A DNA stretch of 63,666 nt, filler included, from Basidiobolus meristosporus CBS 931.73 (lineage: Eukaryota; Fungi; Basidiobolomycota): the NCBI GenBank assembly GCA_002104905.1. It is 5 parts of 5 records of this genome, joined end to end, with 100 filler letters (N's around TTAATTAATTAA, not from the genome) between each part and the next. Parts side by side here need not be neighbours in the genome. Positions count along the whole stretch, not along the records: positions 1 to 11,984 come from MCFE01001261.1; positions 12,085 to 29,446 come from MCFE01001093.1; 3 more parts are not named here. One strand, written 5' to 3'. This document shows positions 8,821 through 18,580 of this stretch, piece by piece; positions within the stretch are counted from its first letter, which is position 1; each line of letters starts with the position of its first letter. A program made the position numbers and the translations under genes. The notes below the pieces were generated by a model. The model worked only from the letters and a program-made list of their open reading frames with translations. It was not told where the DNA came from and searched no databases.

Positions 8821-10885
8821 TTAGGGGGGAGACAGTCACCAACAGGTGAAATCTTTATTTCAGTTGAAACAAAGAAGCCAGCGCTACTGTTGTAGCTTTG
8901 ATACAAGAGTGTGTAGCTGAGGGGAATTTGTAGGTAAGTTAATAAGAAGTGATGATAGTTCTTCAGTGCTCAAGACACTGTTCAGTGGGAAGGGGGGTAG
9001 CAAGAGAGGTAAGAATGACTTGTGAACAACATTAATGAGGGGAATGTGATAAGGATTGATATTCATCATAAAGGGAGTGTGCTGCTGCAGATATTGCTGC
9101 CAAAGGTCTGTCAAGTACTTCAGGTAGGCCAGCTTGGGTTTTTCTGACTGCAGAATATAGTGAGCAAACTTCTTGACTTCAGGATCTCCAAGTATAGTTC
9201 TCCAGCAGGAGTCAGGTGTAGTGTGGTGTGTTCTCTTCCAGGCCTTAATCAGTGGGTTGTTGCAGTTGTGAAGTCTGAGGTATAATCTGGTTCTAAGGTA
9301 GAGAAGTCTGATCTTATAGGGCATAAACCCAAAAGCACCAAGAATAGCATGTCTGTAGGGGCATTCAGGCAAATGAGGCACCAAGGAGGTAATGCACCAT
9401 ACTGCAAACTTGTCAAGCTTAGTGCAGTCTCTAGAAGTAAGAGAGAGAAGTGGTAAGCCAAATTCCAGGACAGGGAAGACAAACTGCTTGAGTAGAAGGA
9501 GGCAGCTGGGAGCTGAAGTTGTAGGAGGAGTAACAGCCAGTAGCTTGTGGAGTGCCTGTCTTGCAAGGATAATTCTCTTCTTCAGGTGTGCTCCAGAGTC
9601 TAGTCCAGTAGGAAGGAAAGGAAAGCCAAGATATGTAGCAGAAACCTGAGCAGGTAGAGTGGAGTTCTCCAAGTTGATGGGAGAGCCCAAAGGTACTGTC
9701 TTTGCAATGGAAAGCTGGAGATTATTCTTCTGCAGATACTGGTGGATGGTCTGGGAGTCTTGTTGCACATTGGAGGAGGATATTCTGATGTCATCAGCAA
9801 AGAGAGTAACCAGGCAGTCAGCTGAGAGTCTTGGGAAATCATTCAGGAAGATGGCAAACAGTATAGGACCAAGCACAGAGCCTTGAACCACTCCATTAGG
9901 AACTGAGAACACAGCTGATTGCTCACTTGGGTGCAGAATTCTTGCTTGTGGATCCAGAAACAGAGACCTGACAAGGAGGGTGAGAGAGGTACTGGAGAAG
10001 CATTGCAACTTGGACCAAAGCAGATTTCTGTCAACTGAATCAAAGGCCTTAGTAATATCAAACAGAACAGAGGGATACTTGCACTGGAGAGAGTGATCTT
10101 GGCTAAGTATGACTGCATATTCCAAGGAGAGGCCAGGAACAAAGCCAAACTGTGCAGGATGAAACTTGAGGGAGTCAGAGTAGAGCTCCTGAGCAAGCAG
10201 AAGCTCAAACACCTTTCTGCAGGTGGGCAGCAGAGATATTGGCCTGTAGGAGCTAGGATCCAGGTGCTTTCCTTTACCCTTGTACAGTGGCAGACATTTG
10301 CAAAGGACCATTCCTCAGGAGTAGAAAGCTGGGCTGAGCATTGCTGAAACAGTGGAAGCAGAAGTGCAGACATGGCCTTGGTACTAGTCTTCAGAAGCTC
10401 ATAGGAGATTGTGTCCACACCTGGAGCAGTAGAGTTGGGAAGCCTCTTGAGCACATTATGGATTCTCCTTTGATCAAGTGCAAGTGGGATGGGCAGAGTC
10501 TTGAAGTCAGGATGAAAGCCAGGAGTTGAGTACTGCTTTGTAGAGAAGAAGATGTTAGCCAGCTGTTCTGTTGAAGGTAACTTCCTGCAAGAGGGCCTCA
10601 TTGCCCTGTAGAGTCTTGATACTGTTCTTGTTATAGAGTTGGAAGATTGCAGAGGCAAAGAACTCATAATATGATCCCAGAGCTGAGTATGCAGAGTGTG
10701 GTGAATTGCCTTGGAGTGGTGTATTGCTGTCAGGAGGAGTTTCTCTGTTTTTGGGTTAGGGAAACTCAGGTAGCTTTGTTGCAGGGCTGAAACAATGGAT
10801 TCCCATTTTCTTGAGGTAACAGCAGTAGTCTTGCATGGCAGTGAGAGGGAGGCAGACACCAGAATCAGATGCTTCACAAAGAGCC
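8821..10885 (-). mobile_element. LINE family A copy A2, 5'-truncated, complete 3' end
   Basis: 9131-10885 matches 1-1756 except a few substitutions and a 1-nt deletion near 10294 that splits the RT. Breaks off at ...GAGCC, followed by TTAGGG. Confidence 0.93.
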
Positions 10886-10899
10886 TTAGGGTTAGGGTT
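10886..10899 (+). repeat. Interstitial telomeric repeat (TTAGGG)2TT capping truncated A2
   Basis: ttagggttagggtt read directly. Confidence 0.9.
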
Positions 10900-11530
10900 C
10901 TAGTGCTTTATTGGGAAATTTGCACAAGAAGTGCAATCTTGAAATATGACAAAGTCATATGAGTATAGCAACTATTATAAAATGAAAACTACTTTGCCAG
11001 TAAAAGGGGTGAAGGAAACTGTAAAAGCTATAAAGGAAAAGCTGGGGACACAAGAAATTTACAGTACCATTCATTGCCCTACACTGCAAGTAAGCTCAAG
11101 GAACATATGGGGAAGCTTTACCAGACTGAACCAAAGAATCTTGCTTCAGATCACAAAGGAAACAATGAGGACTGCAGAAGCTTTAAAGGAAACCAAGGTT
11201 CCCATAGTGATGGCTGACTGGGAAATCTACAGAAGCATTCACTGATCCAAAAGAAGGAGGCAAGAGGCTAGAGTAATGTCATCAAAAGAAAATGAACCAT
11301 AAGCTGAAGTTCAGGCACATGCATCAAGTCCAATCATGCCAAAGACAGCTGCAGAAGCTTGAAAGGAAACAGAAAGTCTCCATTGGGGTGACTCCAGGGG
11401 AAATCCACAGTCAGCCCTTTACATCACCAGAGGTGGGCAGTGTCTGAAAGAAAGGAAGGAAAGAGCAAGAGAAAAGGGAAGGAGAGAAGGAAAAAGGAAG
11501 GAGAGAAGAATGGGGTGGGTGGGTGGGAAA
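10900..11530. other. CpG-free subtelomeric segment without recognisable coding capacity (segment C)
   Basis: Stops in all minus frames checked. Weak ~180-bp internal periodicity, hairpins near 10920-10960, purine-rich tract 11446-11527. Confidence 0.45.
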
Positions 11531-11848
11531 TCTTATAGGTGAAGGATCTTGTTAAAGATCACATCACTAGGTTAGGGGAGATTGTTAGGGAAGGAGCATC
11601 AGGTCAGAAGACCCAATCTTATAGGTGAAGGATCTTGTTAAAGATCACATCACTAGGTTAGGGGAGATTGTTAGGGAAGGAGCATCAGGTCAGAAGACCC
11701 AATCTTATAGGTGAAGGATCTTGTTAAAGATCACATCACTAGGTTAGGGGAGATTGTTAGGGAAGGAGCATCAGGTCAGAAGACCCAATCTTATAGGTGA
11801 AGGATCTTGTTAAAGATCACATCACTAGGTTAGGGGAGATTGTTAGGG
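11531..11848 (+). repeat. 86-bp subtelomeric tandem repeat, ~3.7 identical copies, each with two TTAGGG hexamers
   Basis: Units start at 11531, 11617, 11703, 11789 (tcttataggtgaaggatc...). The last copy ends at its internal GTTAGGG. Confidence 0.95.
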
Positions 11849-11864
11849 GTTAGGGGGGGAGACA

Positions 11865-11984
11865 GGGTTAGGGTTAGGGTTAGGGTAGGGTTAGGGTTAG
11901 GGTTAGGGTTAGGGTAGGTTAGGGTTAGGGTTAGGGTTAGGGTTAGGGTTAGGGTTAGGGTTAGGGTTAGGGTTAGGGTTAGGG
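11865..11984 (+). repeat. Telomere (TTAGGG)n, ~20 units, at contig end
   Basis: Pure TTAGGG array with two proximal variants (TAGGG, TAGG). The G-rich strand runs 5'->3' toward the end. Confidence 0.97.
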
Positions 11985-12084
11985 NNNNNNNNNNNNNNNN
12001 NNNNNNNNNNNNNNNNNNNNNNNNNNNNTTAATTAATTAANNNNNNNNNNNNNNNNNNNNNNNNNNNNNNNNNNNNNNNNNNNN
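11985..12084. other. Artificial contig linker (N44-TTAATTAATTAA-N44)
   Basis: The same 100-bp six-frame-stop spacer occurs four times. Confidence 0.98.
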
Positions 12085-12570
12085 TTACTTAACTTTGCTT
12101 ACTCTCCTACAAATGAAATGATTGCAGACATATCCACAAAGCCATTACTTAGGAACAAACTTGAATATTTTTGATCTCAACTGGCACTAGTTTATAGAAA
12201 TATTTAGCTGAGCAGGAGTGTTGAGAATCTTATAATTCTGCCTGAATATTCACATAGCTTGGTCTCTTAGATCATAGTCTTCAGATCTGCAAGAATTCTG
12301 GCCAAATTCATTGTAGGGATTTACTTCAAATACTCTCACCAAAGTATCTGGTACTCAGAGCATTAAAAATCTCAAGGTTGTTGAAACAGTCCTATGCCTT
12401 GTACACATACTTTTTGGACCTTCCTTAACATATTCAGGTGGCTTGCTCTGCCACAGTCATTCAAAACCAACATCTCCAAAGCTTCTACAACAGAGAATGC
12501 CTCTGGAAGCTGTGTACAAAGATTGGGGTCCTTTGGATGAGTTTTAGAATGTGGATAACTCTCAGGTCCT
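12085..12570 (+). mobile_element. Degenerate Ty1/copia RNase H end and 3' LTR
   Basis: Similar to copia RNase H end (EMIADI.TKPL) and to the LTR family at 55746. LTR begins TGTTG at 12219; right boundary approximate. Confidence 0.7.
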
Positions 12571-14207
12571 CACTTATTCAAATATTTATCCAGTACTTAC
12601 AAACTAGCTCTTGCAAAAATAATTCATAACCTGGCAATAAGCTTAGTAGAATCATAAGGTATATGAATGGTTGGCAAGCTGGCTACACGTTATTATATGT
12701 ATTGTGAGATCATTATAGGTAAATAGCCTAGTACCTGAAACTGGGGACATTGGGACAATTTACTATCCTATGATTAGTGCATCAGATTCCAAGTGGCGAT
12801 GAAGCAGTCAGATAGTGACAATTACTAAATTGAGCCATGATGAGATCAATAAGGTTTCAAGATTGTTGAATTAACCGGGGAAATAGCACATGGCTGGCTA
12901 GCAATTTCCTTGAAAAATGAATCCCATCAGTTGACCAAATCAGCCTCATCTAATCATCTTTAAGGTATTCCTGCAAATAGTCAAATGATGGATGGTCACA
13001 TGTAACGAGACACCGTGAAAGGAGTGACTTGACTGTGCAGGAAGTATTTCCAAAACTCTGTTGAGGGTGCGACTAGACTCTGGCTGGATTCGATCAGAGA
13101 TCCACACCGTAATATGAAGATTCTCCACCTTTCTCAACAACACCATCAAATATACTTAGGTAGCAGTAATGACACATGAGTACGCCCGAGGCGTATCAGT
13201 TTGGGAATACTGAATGCACGGGAAAACGGCCCATCATCGGGTTCGTACCAACCATGTTTTTACTAGCAAGGAGTATCGGGATCCAACACCGGAATATGCT
13301 CGGCGATGTAACCGGTGATTTTCCGAAGAGTGGGAGCCTAGAACGATGGGTGATTAGGTGTTTGTCTCGGTATTGACTGTGCTTAATTGAGCGGTTTATT
13401 ACCAATTTTCCGGCCTCCCTGAATTCACCTCTGTATTAGATAAGGAAGGTACTGATAATGATGAAGCAACATACATTGAACCGCAAGGAAAAGATGCATT
13501 CATTCTATGTAATCATTGAAAAATCTCCAGAATATGCCTTTCGACCAAACCGGTGCTAATCATGAGACATGAGTAACACTAACAGGCATCAAGAGACTAG
13601 GATGAGTTTAGCTTTGTACCTTATCCGCGATGAATGAGCATGTCAGCCTGCCAATTCCTCTTCCCTTGGGATCATCAGCTTCTTTAGTCATTTGGTCCTT
13701 GAAAATTAGCCGTGTATCCTGCTCTGTTAATGTTGCTTGAATACCAGATCTCTGGCAGTAGAACAATTCAAGCCCCATCATCAATGAACATTCACATATT
13801 GACCGAAAGGCAAATATATGTGAAACAAATGGCTGTTCTTTAGTCTGGTTTATTTGCTTGGAATGATGAAGGGTGGGATGGTTGGTTACATTGGCCCGAG
13901 CACGCTCCAACCCAGAGAAAGGGCGAAGCGTACATGCCCACCACTTGCCATCTCGTATAAGGCGTGTTAGCTCGGCAAAAGGAATTAATAACGGTATCTG
14001 TACAGGGTTATCGATGCTTGGATGGAGAATAGAATAGGGTGCATACTGATCATGCTCAACCAAGGTAAATCGAAGTGAAGTGAAGTGAAGTGAAATAAAG
14101 CGGTGGCGTGAAGTATGATGTGGTGAGGTGAGGTGTGCGGTGGTTGTAATTTAGGTAGTGGAGTAAAGTCTATCGAATCACCTTTCTCTCTCTCTCTCTC
14201 TCTCTCT

Positions 14208-15743
14208 CTATTTCTTGTCAGAGTTCTCGATCTCTTCACAGATCTGCTCCAATGACTTGCCCTTGGTCTCAGGAATCCAGAAGGTACTCAAGAAACCGAG
14301 GAACATGATGCCGGCAAAGATGCCAAGTGTTTGGGGAAGGAAGGCGTGCTCACCATCGGCTCCACCAAGCTCGACCAATTGGTTGAATCCGAAGGTGGCA
14401 ATGATGGCCCCGAGCTTGCCGGAGGCAGCAGAGATACCGTGGGCAGTGGAGCGGAACCGGGTGGGGAACACCTCAGAGGGCAACACGAATGTGGTGGTGT
14501 TGGGTCCGAAGTTGAAGAAGAACTGCGCAAGAGTGAACAGCGCAATGAACAGAGCAACGGCGGTGTCGCGGATCTTGTAGAATCCGCTCGAGAGGATGAC
14601 AAAGATGATGGTCAGCATGATGAAGCCCATCAACTGGATCTTGATACGTCCCATGCGCTCAATGAGGAACACGGTGAACCAGTATCCAGGCACTGTTCCC
14701 ATCAGCGAGATGATCATGTTGCCAATGGCCTCAGTCCACATGGCGTCATATGCTGACATTCCCTTGGAGGAGTATCCGATTGCTTGCAGCACATAGGACT
14801 GGTTCAAGGAGAGTCCGTAGAAGGCGATATCAAGGAAGAACCAGGAGAGGGAGGTACCCAACAAGACCTTGAGGTTCTTCCACTTTCCAAAGTGCTGCGT
14901 GAAGGTCTCCTCGGGCTCAGTGCTCACTGGCTCAAGGTAGCCCACCTTCTCGTTCTCGTTATCGTTCTCTTTCTGCTCTGCAACCTCGATGTCCTTGTGG
15001 GACTCACCGAACACAGCATCCATATCTCTGGCGGCCTTCTCGACATCCTTCTTCACCTCCATGGTGTAACGGGGTGACTCGGGCATGTTCAAACGGAACC
15101 AGACAGTGAAGATCGCGGGGACACATCCGAATCCAAGCATCAGTCTCCACACATAGTCAAGGTTGGCCTGGTCTTCGCGGATCAGGTTTTGGAAACAGGC
15201 AAGCGCCATCACGGTGAACAAGGCGGCGACGAGGATTCCGATACCTTGCGAGGCGAACACTGCGGAGATCATCATACCACGGCGGCTAGTCGAGGCAAAC
15301 TCCGAGGTGATGACTGCGCTCACCGGGTAGTCCCCGCCAATACCAATGCCAAGGATGAATCTCCACAAGGCGAGCACCGCGATAACATTCACTCCCTTAC
15401 CCCAGGACCCGGCAATGGCACAGCAGAATGTAGCAAAGATGATGATGATCAGTTCCGAGCCGTACATCTTCTTGCGTCCGAGTTTGTCACTAAGATAACC
15501 AAAGAGAAGCTGTCCGATCAAGGTGCCGAAGGCGGTGGCCCCCTTCAATGGGCCCTCGAATTGCTTGGGGACCTTGTTGTTGTTGTCGGCGTAGTACACG
15601 TAACCCATCATTGGCACGGCCAGGTTGATGATGAAGATGTCATAGGCATCGGTGAAGAAACCGATACCCGCGACAACGATGGCGCGCAAATGCCAACCGG
15701 TCAGTTTTGTTTCGTTGAGTGTGGCGAGTTGATCTCCTGGCAT
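14208..15743 (-). CDS. PHO84: High-affinity phosphate:H+ symporter (MFS, PHS family), copy 1
   Basis: GFFTDAYD, GIGIGGDYP, NFGPNTTTF, EVFPTRFRSTAHGISAASGKLGA motifs; 511 aa, intronless. Confidence 0.93.
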   Translation of the reverse strand: MPGDQLATLNETKLTGWHLRAIVVAGIGFFTDAYDIFIINLAVPMMGYVYYADNNNKVPKQFEGPLKGATAFGTLIGQLLFGYLSDKLGRKKMYGSELIIIIFATFCCAIAGSWGKGVNVIAVLALWRFILGIGIGGDYPVSAVITSEFASTSRRGMMISAVFASQGIGILVAALFTVMALACFQNLIREDQANLDYVWRLMLGFGCVPAIFTVWFRLNMPESPRYTMEVKKDVEKAARDMDAVFGESHKDIEVAEQKENDNENEKVGYLEPVSTEPEETFTQHFGKWKNLKVLLGTSLSWFFLDIAFYGLSLNQSYVLQAIGYSSKGMSAYDAMWTEAIGNMIISLMGTVPGYWFTVFLIERMGRIKIQLMGFIMLTIIFVILSSGFYKIRDTAVALFIALFTLAQFFFNFGPNTTTFVLPSEVFPTRFRSTAHGISAASGKLGAIIATFGFNQLVELGGADGEHAFLPQTLGIFAGIMFLGFLSTFWIPETKGKSLEQICEEIENSDKK

Positions 15744-15839
15744 CTTGAATAAAACGATCGGAAGAGAACGTTGTCAGCGAAGCTGTACTGACTCAGTATC
15801 CAGCGCTCAGCATTAAATACATTTGTTGCCATCGACTCG

Positions 15840-15850
15840 TTCAGCCAATC
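15840..15850 (-). promoter_or_regulatory. CCAAT-box-like motif GATTGGCTGAA upstream of PHO84 copy 1
   Basis: The same 11-mer lies upstream of copy 2 (16953-16963) at a similar distance, in otherwise unalignable promoters. Confidence 0.45.
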
Positions 15851-16952
15851 GAAGTGCCTTATAGCCCACGCTGTGCGAGCTCTCAAATTCATTGGGCATA
15901 TTCACTAAAACGAAAATGGAAAGTTTTTGGTGTCACCTTAACCTAGATACAAGACTCGATCTTAATCAGTCGCTAATGGCAAAGATTCACTGGACGAAGG
16001 CGATAAAATTCCATAAACATCTTGCATCCCCTCAAGCCTAGTAACCTCACTTAGTCATATATCGATGGATACAGGTGGTGATTGGTCGAGTGATATTTTA
16101 ACCTTAATCTTACCTGATTCTAGATACAACAGAGCACTCCCCTTGTTTCTGCCTTCCTCAAAGCCTCTGGTAGTTAAATTCGGCTTAAAAAAGGCAATTT
16201 GTCCTAGATGCAAAGGCTATCCGATCCAATGTTCTGTTACATCGACCAGTTTCTAATGGCCATAAAATCGCAGTTCTCCAACAACCATAACAGGTATATT
16301 AATTAAAGACTAGTGGTATGCATTAGGATTAGAAAGATAGCCAATGGATGGATGGGAAACGGTGGATGCCAACTGTAGCCACCCCCATTGGCGGACTAAG
16401 GGACGTGAATTTTAAGCTTATTTTGTCTATTGGTGAGACAGAACCCTTCAAATTCGAAATGCAGCTTTCTGGAAACTCTGAAGATTGCAACAATCTTGTG
16501 ACCATAGTCTAAAGGTAGGGTTAGGTAGATAAGTGATCGTGCCAATGAGTAAATAGGTTTGGCCTCATGCTATTGAGGAACCTATCGATTGGCTACGTTG
16601 CCCATAACGTTTTCTCTCATTACGGTTTGAGGATACAGGAAAATCAAGTTGGGACCGTGGCAAGAGAGGAAAAGCTTCCTAAGCTAGTATATTGCTTGGC
16701 AACTTGTGGGTGTTCTTTCTATATCTACCTAATGGATGATACAGAAGTGTTGATTCAGCAAAATCCACCACACGTCAATTGGGGGGATTGACCGGAATAG
16801 AAATAAAACTCGGTTGAGCAGATAATAGCATCTTTGTGACAAGGTTTAGTGTTACAATACAATCACTAATAAAAATAGATTATGCGTGAGTAAAAATTCT
16901 CTATTCTCCTATCATCAATCAGAAACAGGGAGTGTGTTGACTCGTAGACTTT

Positions 16953-16963
16953 GATTGGCTGAA
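16953..16963 (+). promoter_or_regulatory. CCAAT-box-like motif GATTGGCTGAA upstream of PHO84 copy 2
   Basis: Mirror of 15840-15850. A TATATAA follows at 16992-16998. Confidence 0.45.
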
Positions 16964-17044
16964 TGCTGCTTCCGACCTTAAATCCCTCTCATATATAATG
17001 TTCGCCTTGTGATTTGGATTCGATACTCAATCGTTACGACGCAA

Positions 17045-18580
17045 ATGTCTGGAGATCAACTCGCCACACTCAACGAAACAAAACTGACCGGTTGGCATTT
17101 GCGCGCCATCGTTGTCGCGGGTATCGGTTTCTTCACCGATGCCTATGACATCTTCATCATCAACCTGGCCGTGCCAATGATGGGTTACGTGTACTACGCC
17201 GACAACAACAACAAGGTCCCCAAGCAATTCGAGGGCCCATTGAAGGGGGCCACCGCCTTCGGCACCTTGATCGGACAGCTTCTCTTTGGCTATCTCAGTG
17301 ACAAACTCGGACGCAAGAAGATGTACGGCTCGGAACTGATCATCATCATCTTTGCTACATTCTGCTGTGCCATTGCCGGGTCCTGGGGTAAGGGAGTGAA
17401 TGTTATCGCGGTGCTCGCCTTGTGGAGATTCATCCTTGGCATTGGTATTGGCGGGGACTACCCGGTGAGCGCAGTCATCACCTCGGAGTTTGCCTCGACT
17501 AGCCGCCGTGGTATGATGATCTCCGCAGTGTTCGCCTCGCAAGGTATCGGAATCCTCGTCGCCGCCTTGTTCACCGTGATGGCGCTTGCCTGTTTCCAAA
17601 ACCTGATCCGCGAAGACCAGGCCAACCTTGACTATGTGTGGAGACTGATGCTTGGATTCGGATGTGTCCCCGCGATCTTCACTGTCTGGTTCCGTTTGAA
17701 CATGCCCGAGTCACCCCGTTACACCATGGAGGTGAAGAAGGATGTCGAGAAGGCCGCCAGAGATATGGATGCTGTGTTTGGTGAGTCCCACAAGGACATC
17801 GAGGTTGCAGAGCAGAAAGAGAACGATAACGAGAACGAGAAGGTGGGCTACCTTGAGCCAGTGAGCACTGAGCCCGAGGAGACCTTCACGCAGCACTTTG
17901 GAAAGTGGAAGAACCTCAAGGTCTTGTTGGGTACCTCCCTCTCCTGGTTCTTCCTTGATATCGCCTTCTACGGACTCTCCTTGAACCAGTCCTATGTGCT
18001 GCAAGCAATCGGATACTCCTCCAAGGGAATGTCAGCATATGACGCCATGTGGACTGAGGCCATTGGCAACATGATCATCTCGCTGATGGGAACAGTGCCT
18101 GGATACTGGTTCACCGTGTTCCTCATTGAGCGCATGGGACGTATCAAGATCCAGTTGATGGGCTTCATCATGCTGACCATCATCTTTGTCATCCTCTCGA
18201 GCGGATTCTACAAGATCCGCGACACCGCCGTTGCTCTGTTCATTGCGCTGTTCACTCTTGCGCAGTTCTTCTTCAACTTCGGACCCAACACCACCACATT
18301 CGTGTTGCCCTCTGAGGTGTTCCCCACCCGGTTCCGCTCCACTGCCCACGGTATCTCTGCTGCCTCCGGCAAGCTCGGGGCCATCATTGCCACCTTCGGA
18401 TTCAACCAATTGGTCGAGCTTGGTGGAGCCGATGGTGAGCACGCCTTCCTTCCCCAAACACTTGGCATCTTTGCCGGTATCATGTTCCTCGGTTTCTTGA
18501 GTACCTTCTGGATTCCTGAGACAAAGGGCAAGTCATTGGAGCAGATCTGCGAAGAGATCGAGAACTCTGACAAGAAATAG
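17045..18580 (+). CDS. PHO84: High-affinity phosphate:H+ symporter, copy 2
   Basis: Protein identical to copy 1 except residue 2 (S vs P). ATG at 17045. Confidence 0.93.
   Translation: MSGDQLATLNETKLTGWHLRAIVVAGIGFFTDAYDIFIINLAVPMMGYVYYADNNNKVPKQFEGPLKGATAFGTLIGQLLFGYLSDKLGRKKMYGSELIIIIFATFCCAIAGSWGKGVNVIAVLALWRFILGIGIGGDYPVSAVITSEFASTSRRGMMISAVFASQGIGILVAALFTVMALACFQNLIREDQANLDYVWRLMLGFGCVPAIFTVWFRLNMPESPRYTMEVKKDVEKAARDMDAVFGESHKDIEVAEQKENDNENEKVGYLEPVSTEPEETFTQHFGKWKNLKVLLGTSLSWFFLDIAFYGLSLNQSYVLQAIGYSSKGMSAYDAMWTEAIGNMIISLMGTVPGYWFTVFLIERMGRIKIQLMGFIMLTIIFVILSSGFYKIRDTAVALFIALFTLAQFFFNFGPNTTTFVLPSEVFPTRFRSTAHGISAASGKLGAIIATFGFNQLVELGGADGEHAFLPQTLGIFAGIMFLGFLSTFWIPETKGKSLEQICEEIENSDKK

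Noticed and set aside
11531-11848. CRISPR-like appearance of regular repeats
   Set aside because: Units are identical head-to-tail with no unique spacers, there are no cas genes, and the context is eukaryotic subtelomere.
12029-12040. TTAATTAATTAA palindrome centred in N runs (four times)
   Set aside because: Identical 100-bp construct each time; an artificial six-frame-stop contig spacer. No linkage across it can be inferred.
12900-13760. Short ORFs left of the PHO84 palindrome, and those at 27700-28700
   Set aside because: No recognisable motifs or consistent exon chain; left uncalled.
14215-18573. Many 60-190 aa ORFs overlapping the PHO84 copies, and similar ones opposite ADH, RGS, LINE and LTR ORFs
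   Set aside because: Antisense or off-frame shadows of codon-biased genes, duplicated only because the host sequence is duplicated.
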